From Tepidiformaceae bacterium (GTDB lineage Bacteria; Chloroflexota; Dehalococcoidia; Tepidiformales; Tepidiformaceae): DNA of 64,000 nt. Location: positions 2,632,408-2,696,407 of the forward strand of contig OZ220695.1 of assembly GCA_965116545.1 (NCBI GenBank), given 5' to 3'. Position 1 is the stretch's first letter. Every line of letters begins with the position of its first letter. Below, one piece after another: positions 58,164-64,000 of the stretch. Made by a program: the position numbers and the translations under genes. The notes under the pieces are model-generated. The model saw only the letters and a program-made list of their open reading frames with translations, had not been told where the DNA came from and made no database searches.

Positions 58164-58775
58164 CTAGCGCTCGGCGAGGCGCTCCCGCAGGGCCTCCTGC
58201 TCGTCTGGAGGAAGCAGGTACTCCTCGAACCCCGCCCGGCGCCGCTGCCGCGTGACCTCGTACAGGAGAAGCGCCGCCGTCACGGACAGGTTCAGGCTGC
58301 GCACCATCCCCGCCATGGGGATCGTGACGAGGCGGTCGGCCAGCGCCACCGCCTCCGGGGAGAGGCCGCGCTGCTCGTTCCCCAGCATGACCGCGATGCG
58401 CGACGCCGTCAGGTCCGCTTCGAACACATCCTCCGCCTCACCCCCCGCCACGGTCGCGACCACTTCGTAGCCGTCCTCGTGAAGGGCGTCGAGGCATGCT
58501 TCCGCCGAGTCGTAGATAGCGAAATCGAGCCACTTGTTCGCCGACGAGGAGGTCAGCTTCCCCACCCGACGTGGGTCGAACGGCTCCTCCTCGTCGAAGA
58601 TGAGGCACACCCGCTGGAACCCGAAGGCGTCGCAGCTGCGGAACACCGCCTCCGCGTTGTGCGGGTCGTGGATGTCCTCGAGCACGACGACGCCCTGCTG
58701 CCGCCCCTCGGCGACCTCGCGGAAGCGCTGCACCCGTTCCGGCGTCGGCACCGCCCGAGCGTAGGCCCGCGACAC
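58164..58775 (-). CDS. SpoU/TrmH family RNA 2'-O-methyltransferase
   Basis: [36 protein letters not shown] and [22 protein letters not shown] are SpoU motifs 1-3. The start is uncertain (GTG 58775 or 58751). The longer track ORF overlaps the divergent mutase start. Confidence 0.82.
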   Translation of the reverse strand: MSRAYARAVPTPERVQRFREVAEGRQQGVVVLEDIHDPHNAEAVFRSCDAFGFQRVCLIFDEEEPFDPRRVGKLTSSSANKWLDFAIYDSAEACLDALHEDGYEVVATVAGGEAEDVFEADLTASRIAVMLGNEQRGLSPEAVALADRLVTIPMAGMVRSLNLSVTAALLLYEVTRQRRRAGFEEYLLPPDEQEALRERLAER

Positions 58776-58863
58776 GCCCTCGATCCAGCCGCGCCCTGCC
58801 TGTTCGGGCCTGTTCGGTAAGATAGGCGGACTCCCTCGAATACGTCGGGAGAGGAGCAGGGCT

Positions 58864-61484
<2,621 letters not shown>

Positions 61485-61488
61485 CCAG

Positions 61489-61728
61489 CTAGCCACCCTC
61501 CCAGGCTCTCAGTTCTTCCTCCGGCAGTGGGTCGAAGAAGCCGTCGTCGAGCTTGATGCGACCCTTCAGGGAGCCGAACTGTCCCTTTCCTGGTTCCCGG
61601 TACGCCACGAGCTTCCCTACCGCCCTGCCCTCGCGCGTGATGACCACCTCTTCCCCGGCCTCGGCCCGGGCGAGCAGGCCGACGAATTCCTCCTGAGCCT
61701 GTTCCGCACTGACGGTCACCATCGCCAT
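61489..61728 (-). CDS. Phd/YefM-type antitoxin-like protein, no adjacent toxin gene
   Basis: MAMVTVSAEQAQEEFVGLLARAEAGEEVVITREGRAVGKLV is a Phd/YefM N-terminal fold pattern. 79 aa from ATG 61728. Confidence 0.65.
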   Translation of the reverse strand: MAMVTVSAEQAQEEFVGLLARAEAGEEVVITREGRAVGKLVAYREPGKGQFGSLKGRIKLDDGFFDPLPEEELRAWEGG

Positions 61729-61796
61729 CTCCGTCGGGCGCTTCACCCCAGTGTTCAATCGAAGCAGATTGATAACGAACGCAACAGCCCAACTCA

Positions 61797-61814
61797 GCCG
61801 CGCGCCAGCGCGGC
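61797..61814 (-). terminator. GC-rich hairpin about 60 nt downstream of the resB stop (candidate intrinsic terminator)
   Basis: GCCGCGC-GCCA-GCGCGGC (7-bp perfect stem, 4-nt loop). The minus-sense 3-prime flank TGAGTTGGGCTGTTGCGTTCGTT is T-containing but not a clean U-run. Confidence 0.3.
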
Positions 61815-61874
61815 GCTCTCCTCAGCGAGCGAAGCGAGCGCTCTTCTCAGGCGCCCGTGAGGGCGGCGCTCCAC

Positions 61875-63566
61875 TCAGGCGGGCGACAGCCCGCCCCCCT
61901 CCTCCGCGTCCTCCGGCAGGAGCGCGTCCCGGGCACCGAGCTCCGCGCCCATGTGCCGCAGCTCCCGGCCGAAGCGCGTCGTCCGCGCGGCGACCCCCGC
62001 GAGTTGCGTCCGCTGCTCCGTGACCCGCACCCACAGCCGACGCCGCGGAACGTAGAACGTCACCCCCAGGCCCAGCATCGCCAGCCCCACCGCCACCCAG
62101 ATGAACGTGTCCCCCGGGTCCCGCCGCACGTCGATGCCGGAGGCGTCCACCCGCCCCCCGAAGCGGTAGCGGTAGCCCGACGACGTCTCGACCGTCGCCC
62201 CCTCCGCGATCACGACGTTCCCCGCGTCGATGTCCGTGATGAACAGGAACGGACGTCCGTCGGCGCCCTCCGGCATCTGCACGTTCACGACTCCCACGGT
62301 CTGGCCCCGCGGCATGTCCAGCACCGGGATCGCCGGTACCGAGGCGATCCCCCGGAACGCGATGCGGTGCCTCCCCGTGTCCACCGCCTCCCCCGGGCGC
62401 AACTCGACCGGGTCGAGTCCCTCCCCGTCGACCAGCGCCACCAGCGTTTCCCCCTCCGCCCGCCAGCTCACGCCGTACACCGTGCCTCCCAGGGCCAGCT
62501 CGGCCAGCCCCAGGTCGCCTTCGTACCCCAGCGAAGACCCCGGCACGCTCGCCATCTGCGGCAGCGCCTGGTCCAACACGACCGCCCCGTCGGTGTCCGT
62601 GACGGTCAGCGCGGGCGTCGCCGTCGATTCGTTCTCGAAGTCGAGCACGTCATCGAAGAGCACTCGCCCGTCCGGACCCCAGATGGTCAGGTACGCGAGG
62701 TCGTCAAAGAACGCCGCCTGGTGGAAGCGGTAACCGAAGGCCGAGCACGGGTCGTTCACCGTCGCCGTGCAGCGCACCACCTCGTCCCCGCGCCGCAGCA
62801 GCAGGTCGCTGTGAAAGTCGACGATGTTCCCAGCCGCGTCCACCCCCCGATGCGCGTCCTCCATCCCCACGAAGATCTGGCCCGGCCCCGGGTCGCCGAA
62901 GAGCGGCGCAGCCGGGCGCGACTCGGCCAGCGCCAGCGTCCGCTGGAACCCCGCGAGGCTCGTTAGCAGCCCCCCGACGAGCAGCATCAGGAGGGCCATG
63001 TGCGAGATGAAGGTGGCGTACTGCGTCCAGGGGAAGCGCTCCGCAAACAGCTCCGTCACGCCCTCGTCCTCGCGCGTGCGGGTGACCTGGTACCGGCGGC
63101 GACGCAGCAGCCCCTCCACCGCCTCCACGCCCCCCGCATGCGTGAACGAGGCCCGGTGCCTCGCCGTCTCGAAGTACCGCTCGGCCACGCGCATCGGTGG
63201 GCGCTGCACGCTCCGCCACGTCGGCGGGAAGCGGCTGATCGTGCAGACCGTCACGGCAGCTACGATCACGAACCAGAGCGCCATGAACCAGGGGCTGTGG
63301 AACACGTCGAACAGGTCGAGCCCGTCCAGGGTGCCCGTCAGCCAGCCGAAGTCCTGTCGCTGCAGCTCCAGCCAGGCCGAGCGCGCCGGTGGGTTGCCCC
63401 GCATCTCCGCGGGAAGCTGCGGCAGCACCACCCCCAGCAGGCTCGCCAGCACCGCCAGCGACACCAGCGCCACCGCGAACTTCACGTTCGTCAGCAGCCG
63501 CCAGGTCGCCCGCAACGGGTCGAACTTCGGCATCGGCGGAGTCGTGGCCGGGGCGTTGCTCGCCAT
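61875..63566 (-). CDS. resB: Cytochrome c biogenesis protein ResB/Ccs1 (System II)
   Basis: 563 aa. N-terminus LLTNVKFAVALVSLAVLASLLGVVLPQ, a large extracytoplasmic domain, and C-terminal TM helices (IWVAVGLAMLGLGVTFY). Confidence 0.88.
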   Translation of the reverse strand: MASNAPATTPPMPKFDPLRATWRLLTNVKFAVALVSLAVLASLLGVVLPQLPAEMRGNPPARSAWLELQRQDFGWLTGTLDGLDLFDVFHSPWFMALWFVIVAAVTVCTISRFPPTWRSVQRPPMRVAERYFETARHRASFTHAGGVEAVEGLLRRRRYQVTRTREDEGVTELFAERFPWTQYATFISHMALLMLLVGGLLTSLAGFQRTLALAESRPAAPLFGDPGPGQIFVGMEDAHRGVDAAGNIVDFHSDLLLRRGDEVVRCTATVNDPCSAFGYRFHQAAFFDDLAYLTIWGPDGRVLFDDVLDFENESTATPALTVTDTDGAVVLDQALPQMASVPGSSLGYEGDLGLAELALGGTVYGVSWRAEGETLVALVDGEGLDPVELRPGEAVDTGRHRIAFRGIASVPAIPVLDMPRGQTVGVVNVQMPEGADGRPFLFITDIDAGNVVIAEGATVETSSGYRYRFGGRVDASGIDVRRDPGDTFIWVAVGLAMLGLGVTFYVPRRRLWVRVTEQRTQLAGVAARTTRFGRELRHMGAELGARDALLPEDAEEGGGLSPA

Positions 63567-64000
63567 CAGGGAAGCTCCGCCGCCAGCGCGGCGAGGTCTT
63601 CGTCCGTTAGCGCGCCCAGGTGGACCCCCTGGATCACGCCCTCCGGGTCAATCAGGAAGCTGACCGGCAGCCCCGTGGTCACCCGGTAGGCCGACGACAC
63701 CTGTCCGTCCGCGTCAAGCGCGATCGGGTACGTCACGCCGAATCCGTCAGCGAACTCCCGCGCCGTCTCCGCCCCTTCCTGCTGGTTCACCCCCACCACC
63801 ACCAGCCCCGGCGACTCCCGCTCGAAGAACGCCTGCAGGGCCGGCGTCTCCCCCCGGCAGGGACCGCACCACGAGGCCCAGAAGTTCAGCAGGACGTACT
63901 GCCCCCGGTAGTCCGTCAACGCGGCCACGGAACCGTCGGGCGATCGCAGCCGGAACGCCGGCGCCGCCCGCCCCACCTCCGCCGCGGGCGCCTCCCCCGT
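63566..64000 (-). CDS. resA: TlpA/ResA-like thiol-disulfide oxidoreductase (N-terminus beyond window edge)
   Basis: Thioredoxin-fold block YVLLNFWASWCGPCRGETP. The reading frame stays open to position 64000, so the CDS is 5-prime truncated. Its stop overlaps the resB start by 1 nt. Confidence 0.85.
   Translation of the reverse strand, partial: TGEAPAAEVGRAAPAFRLRSPDGSVAALTDYRGQYVLLNFWASWCGPCRGETPALQAFFERESPGLVVVGVNQQEGAETAREFADGFGVTYPIALDADGQVSSAYRVTTGLPVSFLIDPEGVIQGVHLGALTDEDLAALAAELP

Noticed and set aside
61814-61882. Three copies of a GCGCTC-n3-CTCAG(G)CG-like motif around the resB stop
   Set aside because: The copies are short and imperfect, with irregular spacing of about 24 and 28 nt in GC-rich low-complexity sequence. 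I cannot distinguish this from chance. Only the nearby perfect hairpin is reported.

Overview
Very GC-rich, gene-dense bacterial chromosomal window of about 75 genes, many with overlapping or near-abutting stop/start junctions. Content is mostly core housekeeping. It holds an F1Fo ATP synthase cluster (atpB-E-F-H-A-G, two unrelated genes, then atpD-C), murA-mreB, rex, selA, a serine-pathway pair (class V aminotransferase and serA), rph, comEC and one tRNA-Pro. It also holds pyrD, an exonuclease-DinG helicase, an EF-G paralog, a long co-directional string (rpsF-ssb-rpsR-SurA-like-hom-coiled coil-thrC-rdgB), glyA, a 2+2 ABC-2 exporter, P450 and acyl-CoA synthetase, an ICM-like acyl-CoA mutase large subunit, prs and resB/resA. 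Accessory content is limited to three type II toxin-antitoxin pairs, one orphan antitoxin and a few transporter or resistance-type genes. I found no rRNA, CRISPR array, transposase, integrase or prophage. I could not identify a convincing self-contained novel multi-gene system. The most unusual signals are listed here. (1) A roughly 170-aa acidic, His-rich insertion in an outward-facing loop of ATP synthase subunit a, plus a His/Glu tail. (2) Two unrelated genes translationally coupled into the atp operon. (3) A near-consensus promoter followed by five 17-18 bp direct repeats in front of an orphan atypical response regulator. (4) A coiled-coil protein coupled between hom and thrC. (5) An 11 x 21-bp in-frame tandem repeat giving ribosomal protein S6 a long (AEAEAPA)n tail, together with an extended Cys-containing S18. 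(6) A (CACCGAC)8 microsatellite abutting a ribosome-binding site. (7) An acyl-CoA mutase with a mixed Tyr/Gln specificity signature. Many long ORFs in the six-frame track are antisense or alternate-frame artefacts of the high GC content. Gene starts were chosen by homology logic and arithmetic on the ORF track, so starts are less certain than stops.
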